NCBI GenBank assembly: GCA_016181765.1
Contig: JACOYR010000001.1
Span: 93,062-157,061, forward strand
Source: Parcubacteria group bacterium
Lineage (GTDB): Bacteria; Patescibacteriota; Patescibacteriia; UBA2169
DNA length: 64,000 bases
Direction of reading: 5' to 3'
A program made the position numbers and the translations under genes. Under the pieces are notes generated by a model. That model did not search any database. It was not told the DNA's origin and saw only the letters and a program-made list of their open reading frames with translations. This document shows positions 1 to 8,273 of the stretch, one piece after another (position 1 is the first letter of the stretch; each line of letters begins with the position of its first letter).

Positions 1-324
1 ATCTATCACCACCTGCGTGCCAAACACGTTGGTTTGGATGAACTCATGGCTTGAGTGGATGGAGCGGTCAACGTGCGACTCCGCCGCAAAGTGCACCACC
101 GCATCAACCCCTCCTGATGCGCCAGCGACCGCATCATAGTCGCACACATCGCCTTTTATGAAAGAGTACCGCTTGTCATCCTTAAACTCCTGCAGATTTT
201 CAAGGTTGCCCGCGTAGGTCAGCTTGTCAAAATTTAACACGCTATCTTCTGGATAGTTCTTGAGAATGTAGCGGATAAAGTTGGAGCCGATAAATCCAGC
301 TCCTCCGGTGACTAATAATTTCAT
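1..324 (-). CDS. rfbB: dTDP-glucose 4,6-dehydratase, N-terminal fragment truncated by the window edge
   Basis: My translation of the reverse complement of 1-324 is [44 protein letters not shown]...[25 protein letters not shown]. This shows the Rossmann GGAGFIGS motif and the conserved [10 protein letters not shown] block of the RfbB/RmlB family. Its ATG overlaps the stop of the downstream kinase gene (ATGA). Confidence 0.8.
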   Translation of the reverse strand, partial: MKLLVTGGAGFIGSNFIRYILKNYPEDSVLNFDKLTYAGNLENLQEFKDDKRYSFIKGDVCDYDAVAGASGGVDAVVHFAAESHVDRSIHSSHEFIQTNVFGTQVVID

Positions 325-1271
325 ACTAACGGGCTTTCCGCATTAAAATTCTTTTTGTACCGCTCCTTGAACTCCCGCATGGTAAAACAATGCTCCTGGG
401 TGCCATACTTCTCAACCGCATATGAGGCAATAGTTGCCGCGACCTGCCCGGTTTCCTTCCAGCTCCACTCGTTCATATACCCGGCCACGATTCCGGCGCG
501 AAACGCATCCCCGGCTCCGGTCGGATCAATCACCTCGCGAGGCTTTGCCGCCCCAATTTCCAAATCATAATCCAAGTCTTTTGAATAGATCACCGAGCCT
601 TGAGCCCCCTGCGTCACCATAACCACGGTTCCCTTGCTGGTGAGATCTTCCAGCTCCACACCCGCCTTCTCGCGGAACATCTGCCACTCGTAGTCGTTGA
701 AAATCGCGATTGCCGCGGTTTCGGCGCCGTACAAGAGCTCTTCTGTGGAAAGCGCGGTCATCTGCTGCCCGGGGTCAAACAAATACGGGATCTTGCGGTC
801 GCGCGCCTCTTTGCAGCGCTTGATGATTTCCTGCTTGGACGAAGCAGCCACCACCAGGAAATCGCCCCTGCCGAACTGCCTCGGAATGCCGGATTCGCCG
901 CCGCGGCCAAGCGCGCCCGGATAAAACGCGCTGATCTGGTTGTCGTCCAAATCAGTGATGATGGTAGCAACCGCCGTGTACTCATCCTCGTGGGTTGTGA
1001 TGTGGCTCGTGCCAATAGAAAGGCTCTTGAGGTACTCCGCGTACCTGCCGAAGTCCTTCCCAACGCTTCCGATGATGACTGGATCAAAACCCAGGAGCTT
1101 GAGGTTGTACGCGATATTGCCGGCCGTGCCCCCGAACTTTTCCTCCAGCCGCTCCAGCACAAACGACACATTCAGCATGTGGATTTTATCCGGAATGATG
1201 TGGTTCCGGAAGCGGTCGTTAAAATCCATGATCCGGTCGTACGCGAGCGATCCGGTTACCGCGATGTTCAT
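321..1271 (-). CDS. PfkB-family carbohydrate/nucleoside kinase (ribokinase-like)
   Basis: The 316 aa ORF has a Gly-rich N-terminal region and the C-terminal DPTGAGDAF anion-hole motif typical of PfkB kinases. Confidence 0.75.
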   Translation of the reverse strand: MNIAVTGSLAYDRIMDFNDRFRNHIIPDKIHMLNVSFVLERLEEKFGGTAGNIAYNLKLLGFDPVIIGSVGKDFGRYAEYLKSLSIGTSHITTHEDEYTAVATIITDLDDNQISAFYPGALGRGGESGIPRQFGRGDFLVVAASSKQEIIKRCKEARDRKIPYLFDPGQQMTALSTEELLYGAETAAIAIFNDYEWQMFREKAGVELEDLTSKGTVVMVTQGAQGSVIYSKDLDYDLEIGAAKPREVIDPTGAGDAFRAGIVAGYMNEWSWKETGQVAATIASYAVEKYGTQEHCFTMREFKERYKKNFNAESPLV

Positions 1272-1320
1272 ATTTCACACGTCACCCTGAACGAAGTGAA
1301 GGGTCTAATGCCTTTACTGA

Positions 1321-1728
1321 TTAGAGATTCTTCTTAATATCTTCCGCAACCTTTGCAAGCTCGCCTTGATTGGTCTGCGTGCCGTGCCACAGTTGATGCC
1401 CATCTCCGGCGAACCGCGGCATGATATGGAAGTGCGCGTGGAACACAATCTGTCCGGCTCCGGACCCGTTGTTTACGCCGAGGTTGAAGCTGTCAGCCCC
1501 AACGCCCGCAAGAACCGCGGGAGCGATTTTCTGGATGGCATTCATGAGTTTGGCGCCAAGCTCCGGGGGCATATCCAGCACATCTCTATGGTGCGCTTTG
1601 GGAATCACGAGCGTGTGCCCGGGATTTACTGGATTGATGTCCAAAAACGCAAGCACCTCTCTATCCTCATATACCTTATGAGACGGAATGTCTCCGGAAA
1701 CTATTTTGCAAAAAATGCAATCCTGCAT
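1321..1728 (-). CDS. HIT-family (histidine triad) nucleotide hydrolase
   Basis: The 135 aa ORF contains the HAHFHIMPR histidine-triad motif. Confidence 0.8.
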   Translation of the reverse strand: MQDCIFCKIVSGDIPSHKVYEDREVLAFLDINPVNPGHTLVIPKAHHRDVLDMPPELGAKLMNAIQKIAPAVLAGVGADSFNLGVNNGSGAGQIVFHAHFHIMPRFAGDGHQLWHGTQTNQGELAKVAEDIKKNL

Positions 1729-1772
1729 AATGATTTTCGTCTATAGTTTTTCCCTGTCCAGCCCTGCCCGTT

Positions 1773-1970
1773 TCAAACTGGAATTGGCTTATGGCGCTCG
1801 TGCAATGTCTCAATATAAACTTCAATAGCTTCACGAATATTCACCTTTGCCTGCTCCAAGGTATCTCCCTCTGAAATGCATCCAGGAAGGTCCGGGACTT
1901 CCACGGTATACCCGCCTTCTGTTTGAGACATACATACGGCTTCGTATCGTAATGATTTTATAGTATTCAT
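1773..1970 (-). CDS. HicB-like (UPF0150) antitoxin-domain protein, orphan
   Basis: The 65 aa ORF reads YTVEVPDLPGCISEGDTLEQAKVNIREAIEVY, which is characteristic of the HicB N-domain. No HicA partner is visible. The start overlaps the methyltransferase stop (ATGA). The region is low in GC. Confidence 0.55.
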   Translation of the reverse strand: MNTIKSLRYEAVCMSQTEGGYTVEVPDLPGCISEGDTLEQAKVNIREAIEVYIETLHERHKPIPV

Positions 1971-3151
1971 ATTCTAACGTTCGCGTATATCTGATGTTTT
2001 TCGGAGTATAGCGGAGCAAAATAGGGGTGGAGGCTTTTTTCTTTTTCCATTAAAAACAGGTACTCATGATGTTTGCTGTCGCTATGTATCCATTCATTTG
2101 TCCAGCGCATGCCACCCATAACATTTACTTTATAGTTAATCTCAACCACATTCAGCAGCTTCCCTGATTCATGCATTAAATCACTTAATTCTTGCTTCGT
2201 TGCTCTTCCGCCAGAACTATATGAAAGAAGAATGTAGCGAGATTTAGTTTCTTGGATAAGTTTTTTTAAGGCTTCCATGGCGATAAAAAATCCTTCTTCG
2301 TTTTTTCTAAATTCTTCAAATACGGAAGCGGAGAGTAAATCTCTTGTGTCTACTCTGCGATTGACCTTCCCGAACAATTCCGGTTTATCGTTTTTGATAA
2401 TGGTAGTCCAAATATGATAATAAGAAGCATATCTAACCCTGCTGGGGGGCATTTTTTCATTATTTGATCCGTACGGCGGGTCAAAATACGCAAGATCAAA
2501 TTCATTTTTTGATATGGTGTCAAAAATGTCCCCGCGAATTATGCGATGTTGTTTGTTAGTTTTAAATCTTTTTGGCAATTTTAAGAATAAATCATTGTGC
2601 GATCTTGGAGACCATTTTGCCAAATATGACACATAGTGGCCGAGCGTGCTGTCAACGGAATCAAGGGCATAAATCAAGCTTGTCAGAATAACGCATTTGT
2701 CTTCCCACCCTAAATTGAGTTTATCTATTTCATCTCTGATGGCATCTAGTTTCCTGGTATTTTTAGCTTGGAACGGTTTTTTGCCTTCATCTAATTCCGC
2801 GCCATAGTGTTTTGTGTACCAACCATCATATCCTTTTAGATTGTTTAAATGATCTAAAATTTCTTGGTAATACTTATCTTCTTTTTCTGATTTTAAGTAG
2901 CATGTGCCAAAAACTTCAGACCAAGCTGAAATATCGCTGACAGTCGTATTGTACCCAAGTTGAGCAAGCGCTTGTGACACTCTGGTCGTTCCGCTAAATC
3001 CATCAAGTATATTTTTTACTCCGTCAAGTTCGCTTAGAAGTTGGACAATATACGGCAATATTTTTAATTTTGACCCCGCATACTTAATCCCTTCTGTTTT
3101 GGGAACACTCAATTTTTTATTGCCGAAAATATCTATTTGCTGGCCGCTCAT
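1967..3151 (-). CDS. N6-adenine DNA methyltransferase, D12/Dam-like class, of a type II restriction-modification system
   Basis: The 394 aa ORF has an N-terminal FxGxG-like SAM-binding region (DGFSGTT) and the catalytic DPPY motif (FDPPYGS). It is ATGA-coupled to the upstream endonuclease gene. GC is about 38%, against more than 55% in flanking genes. Confidence 0.8.
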   Translation of the reverse strand: MSGQQIDIFGNKKLSVPKTEGIKYAGSKLKILPYIVQLLSELDGVKNILDGFSGTTRVSQALAQLGYNTTVSDISAWSEVFGTCYLKSEKEDKYYQEILDHLNNLKGYDGWYTKHYGAELDEGKKPFQAKNTRKLDAIRDEIDKLNLGWEDKCVILTSLIYALDSVDSTLGHYVSYLAKWSPRSHNDLFLKLPKRFKTNKQHRIIRGDIFDTISKNEFDLAYFDPPYGSNNEKMPPSRVRYASYYHIWTTIIKNDKPELFGKVNRRVDTRDLLSASVFEEFRKNEEGFFIAMEALKKLIQETKSRYILLSYSSGGRATKQELSDLMHESGKLLNVVEINYKVNVMGGMRWTNEWIHSDSKHHEYLFLMEKEKSLHPYFAPLYSEKHQIYANVRI

Positions 3152-4011
3152 AATTTTTTAAGCCTATCAATGTCTTTTTGCAAAATTTCATTTACTGCCT
3201 TATGGCCCTGTTCGGAACTGTTTAATGCAAGGCTGAATAACGTAACAAGCGTGTGATTATGCGAATAATCTATCCATCCGTTTGTCAGAGAATCAAAGTA
3301 ATCTACGGCATTTTTTGTGTGGGTCCAAAGTCCCCGCTGTAACGCATTGGCAGACGCTCCGCCGTATCTCACTTCGCATAGGTAACGGTTTTTTGAGTCA
3401 ACAAACATGTAAATTGGGTGCGAACGACCCTTGCCTGGAACAATATTGCCAGTCAAAAAATCGAATCTCTGCCCTTTTCCCACAAATATAATTCTTTTGG
3501 TCTTGGCCATCGCTTTTTTGTGGTCAAAAATCATTATATTACAACGTTGATTTTTTTCATCGTAAATCAATGGCATAATGTTTATAGCCCCAAATTCAGA
3601 AAATTCAGCTGATTCAAAAATGTTGGCTATGTGCGCAACGCCCTTAATCTCTGATCCGTGTTTTTGGAGAAATGGGAACATTTTTTGATTGCTGTCGGTG
3701 GATAGCTGGAGCGGCCCGTCGCCATAAGCTTTTAAGCTGACTGGAAATTTTGTTTTACTGACTTCGTTTATTATCATTATGTCTTCTTCGTGCTCTTTTG
3801 CCCGAAAAAGATCTTTGCCGACATGAATACTCTTAAAATCGTACATGAATTGATTAATAAATTCAGCCATGCCGATTTCCGCCAAATCGCCATGTGTTTT
3901 ATTGCCTATCAGCCGCATTGTAAAAATATTGGATAGTGTATTGACCACCAAATGACGATTTTTGCTTGCCAGTAGTTTGAACCGATTTTTAAAATCTTCG
4001 TAATTACTCAT
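3148..4011 (-). CDS. Putative type II restriction endonuclease (DpnII/MboI-like, probably GATC-specific)
   Basis: The 287 aa ORF lies immediately upstream of, and is translationally coupled to, the Dam-like methyltransferase. Its size and an RFDF...YLCEVRYGG region recall the DpnII/MboI family from memory, which is unverified. GC is low. Confidence 0.5.
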   Translation of the reverse strand: MSNYEDFKNRFKLLASKNRHLVVNTLSNIFTMRLIGNKTHGDLAEIGMAEFINQFMYDFKSIHVGKDLFRAKEHEEDIMIINEVSKTKFPVSLKAYGDGPLQLSTDSNQKMFPFLQKHGSEIKGVAHIANIFESAEFSEFGAINIMPLIYDEKNQRCNIMIFDHKKAMAKTKRIIFVGKGQRFDFLTGNIVPGKGRSHPIYMFVDSKNRYLCEVRYGGASANALQRGLWTHTKNAVDYFDSLTNGWIDYSHNHTLVTLFSLALNSSEQGHKAVNEILQKDIDRLKKL

Positions 4012-4472
4012 AATATCTTGTTATTAATTTTAAACGGCGCGCCAGGTTCCTGCTCCCAGCGTATCTCGTCAACCGCATCCTGCTTGCCCTCGCCTTTGTA
4101 GAGTTGATTCGGCAGATTGACGTAGTAGCCCGGCTCTTTTGAAATGCACTTATACCCGTGCACCACCCCAGGAGGCACCATAATCATGCACGGGTTGTCC
4201 TCGCCCACTTCCATGGTTGAAAGTTCCCGGTACCCAAGTCTTCCCTCGCGGTTCTCCCAGAGGTACATGCGGAAGTTCCCGGGACCCGTAAAAATAAAGC
4301 AGTCTGACTGCTCCTTGTGCTCGTGCGGCCCCCGCACGGCTCCGGGCTCGGTCTTTGAGATATATGCCATGCTCGGCTGGAAATCTGATTCATCATTCCG
4401 CCACGCCTCGCAGAGCCATCCGCGCTCATCAGAAAAGCGCTCCAATGGTTTGATGACAACGCCCTCTATCAT
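4008..4472 (-). CDS. rfbC: dTDP-4-dehydrorhamnose 3,5-epimerase (cupin)
   Basis: The 154 aa ORF shows RmlC-like motifs (ERGWLCEAWR; VVHGYKCISKEPGYYVNLPNQLY). Its stop overlaps the endonuclease ATG (ATGA). Confidence 0.85.
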   Translation of the reverse strand: MIEGVVIKPLERFSDERGWLCEAWRNDESDFQPSMAYISKTEPGAVRGPHEHKEQSDCFIFTGPGNFRMYLWENREGRLGYRELSTMEVGEDNPCMIMVPPGVVHGYKCISKEPGYYVNLPNQLYKGEGKQDAVDEIRWEQEPGAPFKINNKIL

Positions 4473-4666
4473 ACCCCTACTCTACCAGAATCAGGCGTAA
4501 AAAGCCAGATTGCGCCGGTTGCGATAAACACCGCGAGCGCTATGGCCGGATTGATGAAAAACGACACATATCCGTCCTTCAGCGTTTCCAAGAGGTATAG
4601 GATGAGCGTGAGGCTGCCTGATGCGCGGAACAGTTCTGTGTTGAGTTGTAGGATGAGTGGTTTCAT
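4469..4666 (-). CDS. Small hydrophobic protein (65 aa), hypothetical
   Basis: The ORF has 4-nt overlaps with both neighbours and one predicted transmembrane segment. No recognisable family. Confidence 0.35.
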   Translation of the reverse strand: MKPLILQLNTELFRASGSLTLILYLLETLKDGYVSFFINPAIALAVFIATGAIWLFTPDSGRVGV

Positions 4667-5475
4667 TTTTTAAGGCGCTTGAGTTGGTTGGCGACATACT
4701 CAACAAATCCATCCCAATCCAATGGGTCGCGCAAGAGCCGGATGGAAATGTCTGCGAGCACAATTTGCCCGTGCCCTTTGTTAAGCTCGGGCGCGGAAAT
4801 GAGAAAACTGATCTCATTGATGTACAGCTCAAAGTCGCTCCAATCATAGGTAACGCTAGCCTGGTACCAGCCATCTCCAAATGACTCGGGGGGCGTGTAT
4901 GTTGCCACCAGATAATTATATTGATTGATATCTGTGTTCACATTCATCACATCATGCTTGACATTCGCGGGAAGCGCATAGTTGTACGCAAGAACCGGCT
5001 CGCTCGGCGGCTGGGCAAGGAGCGCTGAAAGATTTGCGTAACGTTCTTGTTTTTGGCAAAACACCACCCCATCATACCGCTGGCACGGCCAATTGACGCC
5101 ATCAATGATTTTGTTCTGCAAGGGCTTCATCACAAATCCCCAAGATCCGCGCAGCTTGCGCGCCCCCAATTCCAAAATGGGCTGGGACTGATTCTGGAAC
5201 GCCATGGTGACCGTGACATGATTAAACTCGCGCGGCACCTTTGCGTCAAAGTACACGGGGTCTATGAAAAAACTCTGGTTATTATCATCCAAATCAATCA
5301 CCCGCTTCTCCGGATGGATGTCCGAAATCGGGGAAATGGCGCTCCCCTTCTTGTACTCAAGAACGAACTCGCCGCTCGGCACCAGGTTCTGGAAAAAGAG
5401 CCACCCTAAAAGCAAGCATGCCCCTCCCCACAGGACTGCCCGCCATGCAATGACAATACGTTGTTCGTGATTCAT
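4663..5475 (-). CDS. Hypothetical membrane-anchored protein (270 aa)
   Basis: N-terminal hydrophobic anchor (AVLWGGACLLLGWLFF) followed by an extracytoplasmic domain. No family recognised. Confidence 0.5.
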   Translation of the reverse strand: MNHEQRIVIAWRAVLWGGACLLLGWLFFQNLVPSGEFVLEYKKGSAISPISDIHPEKRVIDLDDNNQSFFIDPVYFDAKVPREFNHVTVTMAFQNQSQPILELGARKLRGSWGFVMKPLQNKIIDGVNWPCQRYDGVVFCQKQERYANLSALLAQPPSEPVLAYNYALPANVKHDVMNVNTDINQYNYLVATYTPPESFGDGWYQASVTYDWSDFELYINEISFLISAPELNKGHGQIVLADISIRLLRDPLDWDGFVEYVANQLKRLKK

Positions 5476-5584
5476 ATACCACTACAGTACCAGATACTGG
5501 AGAAAACACAAAAAAATCAACTGCCCAAGACAATGGGCCGCGTTGAGAAAAGAATTATTCCCAGTGTCTTTTTGAAACACCCAA

Positions 5585-5812
5585 CTAAGCCGCCAAACGC
5601 AAAGACTTGGCAACGGGTTTCAGCACTTGTGACGCGTTCAGCACCTCCACGCCAATGGCGCGGCCAAATTTGTCCAGTTCAACGCTCACCCCGGGCGCGA
5701 CTTCCGCGAACTCCTCTTCCGCGCCGCGCTTAACCCCAAAGTAGAGCACGTCGCTCTCCTTGTCGTAGTATACGTTTTTCTTTGCAATGGATTGGTTCAT
5801 AATTTTTTCCAT
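5585..5812 (-). CDS. DUF2283-family small protein (putative antitoxin-like partner)
   Basis: The 75 aa ORF contains YYDKESDVLYFGV...GVSVELDKFGRAIGVEV, which is typical of DUF2283. It overlaps the upstream DUF4258-like ORF by 16 nt. Confidence 0.55.
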   Translation of the reverse strand: MEKIMNQSIAKKNVYYDKESDVLYFGVKRGAEEEFAEVAPGVSVELDKFGRAIGVEVLNASQVLKPVAKSLRLAA

Positions 5813-6081
5813 CTCCCGGATTTTATCCGGCTGTTCTTTTGGCCCGGCTTGAGCGGATGTATGGTGATGAGCCGCGCCTCTTTGGCTGTCTCGCGGTACA
5901 CCAGAGCCACTTCCCGCACCTTGCCCCGGTATGCAGTTTTGTTGATGGCGACCGACAGTTGGGTTATGGCGTCAGTGTATCGCTCGCTGGATGTTTGGTA
6001 TATGATGCGAGGCAGTTCATGGTGGATTGACCGCAGTTTTAATCGTAACTCCAAGTGTTTTGAATAGACCACCTCCCTCAT
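5797..6081 (-). CDS. DUF4258-family protein (putative toxin-like partner of DUF2283)
   Basis: The 94 aa ORF forms the canonical two-gene arrangement with DUF2283. The sequence assignment itself is tentative. Confidence 0.45.
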   Translation of the reverse strand: MREVVYSKHLELRLKLRSIHHELPRIIYQTSSERYTDAITQLSVAINKTAYRGKVREVALVYRETAKEARLITIHPLKPGQKNSRIKSGRWKKL

Positions 6082-6194
6082 GCAACCAGTATATCAAAAT
6101 TGCCTAAAAAGAAAAGCGCCCGGATCCTCCGAAGAGAACCCGGGCGCGGAACAGTCGGGCGGCGTGGCTACCGATCAAATGCTGACGCGATGGG

Positions 6195-6569
6195 TCAGCC
6201 GGGGAGCCACTCCCCCATCCCCCTCTTGGATGGCGCCTGCGTATCCCGGGAGTGCTGCTCGCCGCACTCGAAACCCGCCGCGAAAATCGTGGCAAGCAAG
6301 TCGGAGACCACAGGAGTCTCGCCGAGAACATCCAGAGCCAGGACTGCTTCGAGAGTCTCGTGCACGTGACCTTCCGAAACGGCGTTATTCCAGATTGCCG
6401 GAACCTCGAACCACCCGGTTACCGTCACCGAAACACCGGAACATTCACTCCACCAGCTGATGAAAGCCTCGCGGCTTTCAGCTGCCTCGCCGCTTACCAG
6501 CATGGAGAGGGGATCGTTCCAACTCCCTTCACCATGACTCTCCATAAAACGAACGAACGCATACTTCAT
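6195..6569 (-). CDS. Hypothetical acidic protein (124 aa)
   Basis: A strong AGGAGG ribosome-binding site lies 5-6 nt upstream of the ATG. The segment is GC-rich (about 60%), unlike its neighbours. No family recognised. Confidence 0.45.
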   Translation of the reverse strand: MKYAFVRFMESHGEGSWNDPLSMLVSGEAAESREAFISWWSECSGVSVTVTGWFEVPAIWNNAVSEGHVHETLEAVLALDVLGETPVVSDLLATIFAAGFECGEQHSRDTQAPSKRGMGEWLPG

Positions 6570-6629
6570 GCCTTTCCTCCTGATTTATCGCATGATTGCG
6601 ATTTATTACCATATCATAGTATTATATTT

Positions 6630-6659
6630 TTGTCAAATACCTCTTGTAAATGCTAATAT
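6630..6659 (+). promoter_or_regulatory. Putative sigma70-like promoter giving a near-leaderless transcript for the GT2 gene: TTGTCA-N18-TAATAT
   Basis: TTGTCA at 6630-6635 and TAATAT at 6654-6659 lie in an AT-rich divergent intergenic region. The likely start codon at 6668 is only about 8 nt downstream. Confidence 0.3.
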
Positions 6660-6667
6660 GGAATCAC

Positions 6668-7540
6668 ATGAAACAACCATATATCTCAATTATTGTGCTC
6701 CACTACAAAAACCTTGATGATACCCAGGCCTGCTTAAAGTCGTTGGAAAAAATTGACTACCCGAAATACTCAGTGATTGTGGTGAATAATGACGCGGTTG
6801 AACACGGGCGAACGCTGAAAAACGAATTTTCGGACATTACACTGATTCAAAACCAGAGCAATGCGGGGTTTGCCGAAGGCAATAATGTCGGTATTCGGCA
6901 CGCACTTGCAGACAGCCGAACAGACGCGGTGTTGATATTGAACAATGACACCGAAGTTGAATCGGATTTTTTGTCTGAAATGGCACATGCCAAGGGCGAT
7001 ATGATAGCCGCTTGCATGATGCAGTATGACAAACGCGATACAGTGGATAATCTCGGCGTGGTCATGATGAAGAGCGGCCTGCCCTTCAACCGGCGTGATG
7101 AACATCAGAAGCTCTTCTGCCCGTCTGCCGGATGCGCACTCTACTCTCGGAAACTTTTGGAAACAGTCGCAATGTATGTCCCCTCCTTTACTAAGGAGGG
7201 GGTGAGGAAGTGGTATTTTGACCCGCTCTACTTTGCGTACGCCGAAGACCTGGATCTCGGCTTCCGGGCGCGGCTACAAGGCTTTGAGCCTGGGTATGCA
7301 AAAGGCGCAATAGTATACCACAAAGGCTCCGCATCAACCTCAAAACTTTCCGACCTTGCGGTGTACCATACCTACCGGAATCTAATATGGACGCAATACA
7401 AAAACTATCCCTTGACGTTATGCCTGCGAAACCTATTCTGGCTCATCCTGGGCTGGAAACTCATCTTCTTAGGCTATGTGTTCAAAGGCAGGCCCCTGGT
7501 GATGATAAGAGCCGTATTTGACGGCATACGCGGACCCTAA
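6668..7540 (+). CDS. Family 2 glycosyltransferase (GT-A fold)
   Basis: The ORF begins MKQPYISIIVLHYKN and has a DxD-like VNNDAVE region plus a LILNNDTE motif. The ORF-track start at 6650 is likely an N-terminal over-extension. The gene contains in-frame palindromic element A at 7180-7214. Confidence 0.8.
   Translation: MKQPYISIIVLHYKNLDDTQACLKSLEKIDYPKYSVIVVNNDAVEHGRTLKNEFSDITLIQNQSNAGFAEGNNVGIRHALADSRTDAVLILNNDTEVESDFLSEMAHAKGDMIAACMMQYDKRDTVDNLGVVMMKSGLPFNRRDEHQKLFCPSAGCALYSRKLLETVAMYVPSFTKEGVRKWYFDPLYFAYAEDLDLGFRARLQGFEPGYAKGAIVYHKGSASTSKLSDLAVYHTYRNLIWTQYKNYPLTLCLRNLFWLILGWKLIFLGYVFKGRPLVMIRAVFDGIRGP
7180..7214. repeat. In-frame SD/anti-SD palindromic element, copy A
   Basis: CCCCTCCTT-TACT-AAGGAGGGGG followed by TGAGGAAGTGGT. 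It lies inside the GT2 coding sequence and encodes PSFTKEGV. Confidence 0.8.
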
Positions 7541-7551
7541 AAATCTCCTAT

Positions 7552-7596
7552 AAAAAAATGAGCTTCCCTCTCTCTCCGGAGAAGAAAGCTCACTCA
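7552..7596 (-). terminator. Intrinsic terminator hairpin for the minus-strand HNH-like gene
   Basis: TGAGCTTCCCTCTCTCTCCGGAGAAGAAAGCTCA forms an imperfect stem-loop at 7559-7593. It is followed on the minus strand by a run of seven T (7552-7558), directly after the stop at 7597. Confidence 0.45.
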
Positions 7597-8052
7597 TCAT
7601 GCGGCAAGGACAAGCGCCTCTTGCCTCACGAGCAGAAACGACCAGCGCGGATCTAGGAACCACGCGTTGATGGCATCAACGGCTGTTTGGGGATCCGTCC
7701 CCGGAGGGAACAGCTCAAACCACGCGTCCAGGTTCGGCGGCTGCTTGAGCCGGAACCGCTTGTGCCGGATCGGCTCGGGGTCCCTGCGTCGTCCCCAGAG
7801 CAGGACCGGCCTGATCCGGGAACCTTCCAGCGGGTACTTGCGGGTCAGGTCATCCGCAATCCAGTCCCCCCGCCAGGCAAACACCATGTGGTGCCAGAGC
7901 TGGTGCGGCGTTTCCGGGATCAGCTCCGCATTGCCTTTCGGCCACCGGCGTGTGCCCCCCAAACAGCTCGGAAAGCGGTGGTGTACAGTAATGCGGTCCC
8001 CCCTCCACCGGTCCATGAAACCGGCTAGACTGCCGTTCACCCCAATATCCAA
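7597..8052 (-). CDS. Putative HNH-family endonuclease (151 aa)
   Basis: VHHRFPSCLGGTRRWPKGNAELIPETPHQLWHH matches the HH-x3-S-x-GG...N...H...H architecture of the HNH motif. The segment is GC-rich. Antisense ORFs here are Arg/Pro-rich shadows. Confidence 0.45.
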   Translation of the reverse strand: MDIGVNGSLAGFMDRWRGDRITVHHRFPSCLGGTRRWPKGNAELIPETPHQLWHHMVFAWRGDWIADDLTRKYPLEGSRIRPVLLWGRRRDPEPIRHKRFRLKQPPNLDAWFELFPPGTDPQTAVDAINAWFLDPRWSFLLVRQEALVLAA

Positions 8053-8117
8053 ACGTCAAGGAACATCCCTGCCCTCCTCTCATTTTGTTAGGCCCTATTG
8101 CCTGGTTTCATTATACC

Positions 8118-8273
8118 CTAATTGCGGCTGACTCTCCATATGTGCACATCCCCCACGCGCCGCGGCTCGCCCAGGAGCTCAACTGTCTTATCTAAAACAA
8201 CATCATTGATCCACTTGTTCTCGGTCATGTAGTAGCATACATCTGCTCCGGTAATGCGGAATGCGGCGCTCAT
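8118..8273 (-). CDS. Possible 51 aa small protein, translationally coupled
   Basis: An ATG at 8273-8271 overlaps the TGA of the upstream 706 aa membrane-protein gene (ATGA). MSAAFRITGADVCYYMTENKWINDVVLDKTVELLGEP... is protein-like but has no known family. Confidence 0.25.
   Translation of the reverse strand: MSAAFRITGADVCYYMTENKWINDVVLDKTVELLGEPRRVGDVHIWRVSRN

Noticed and set aside
600-1337. A 245 aa ORF on the plus strand, antisense to the PfkB kinase gene
   Set aside because: It lies wholly inside a well-supported minus-strand gene. Its composition is Arg/Leu/Ala-rich and typical of antisense shadow ORFs in GC-rich coding DNA.
1831-2019. A 62 aa ORF that might be a HicA partner for the HicB-like gene
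   Set aside because: It overlaps the HicB-like gene in another frame on the same strand, and its translation (YRGSPGPSWMHFRGRY...) is low-complexity. It has no HicA-like features.
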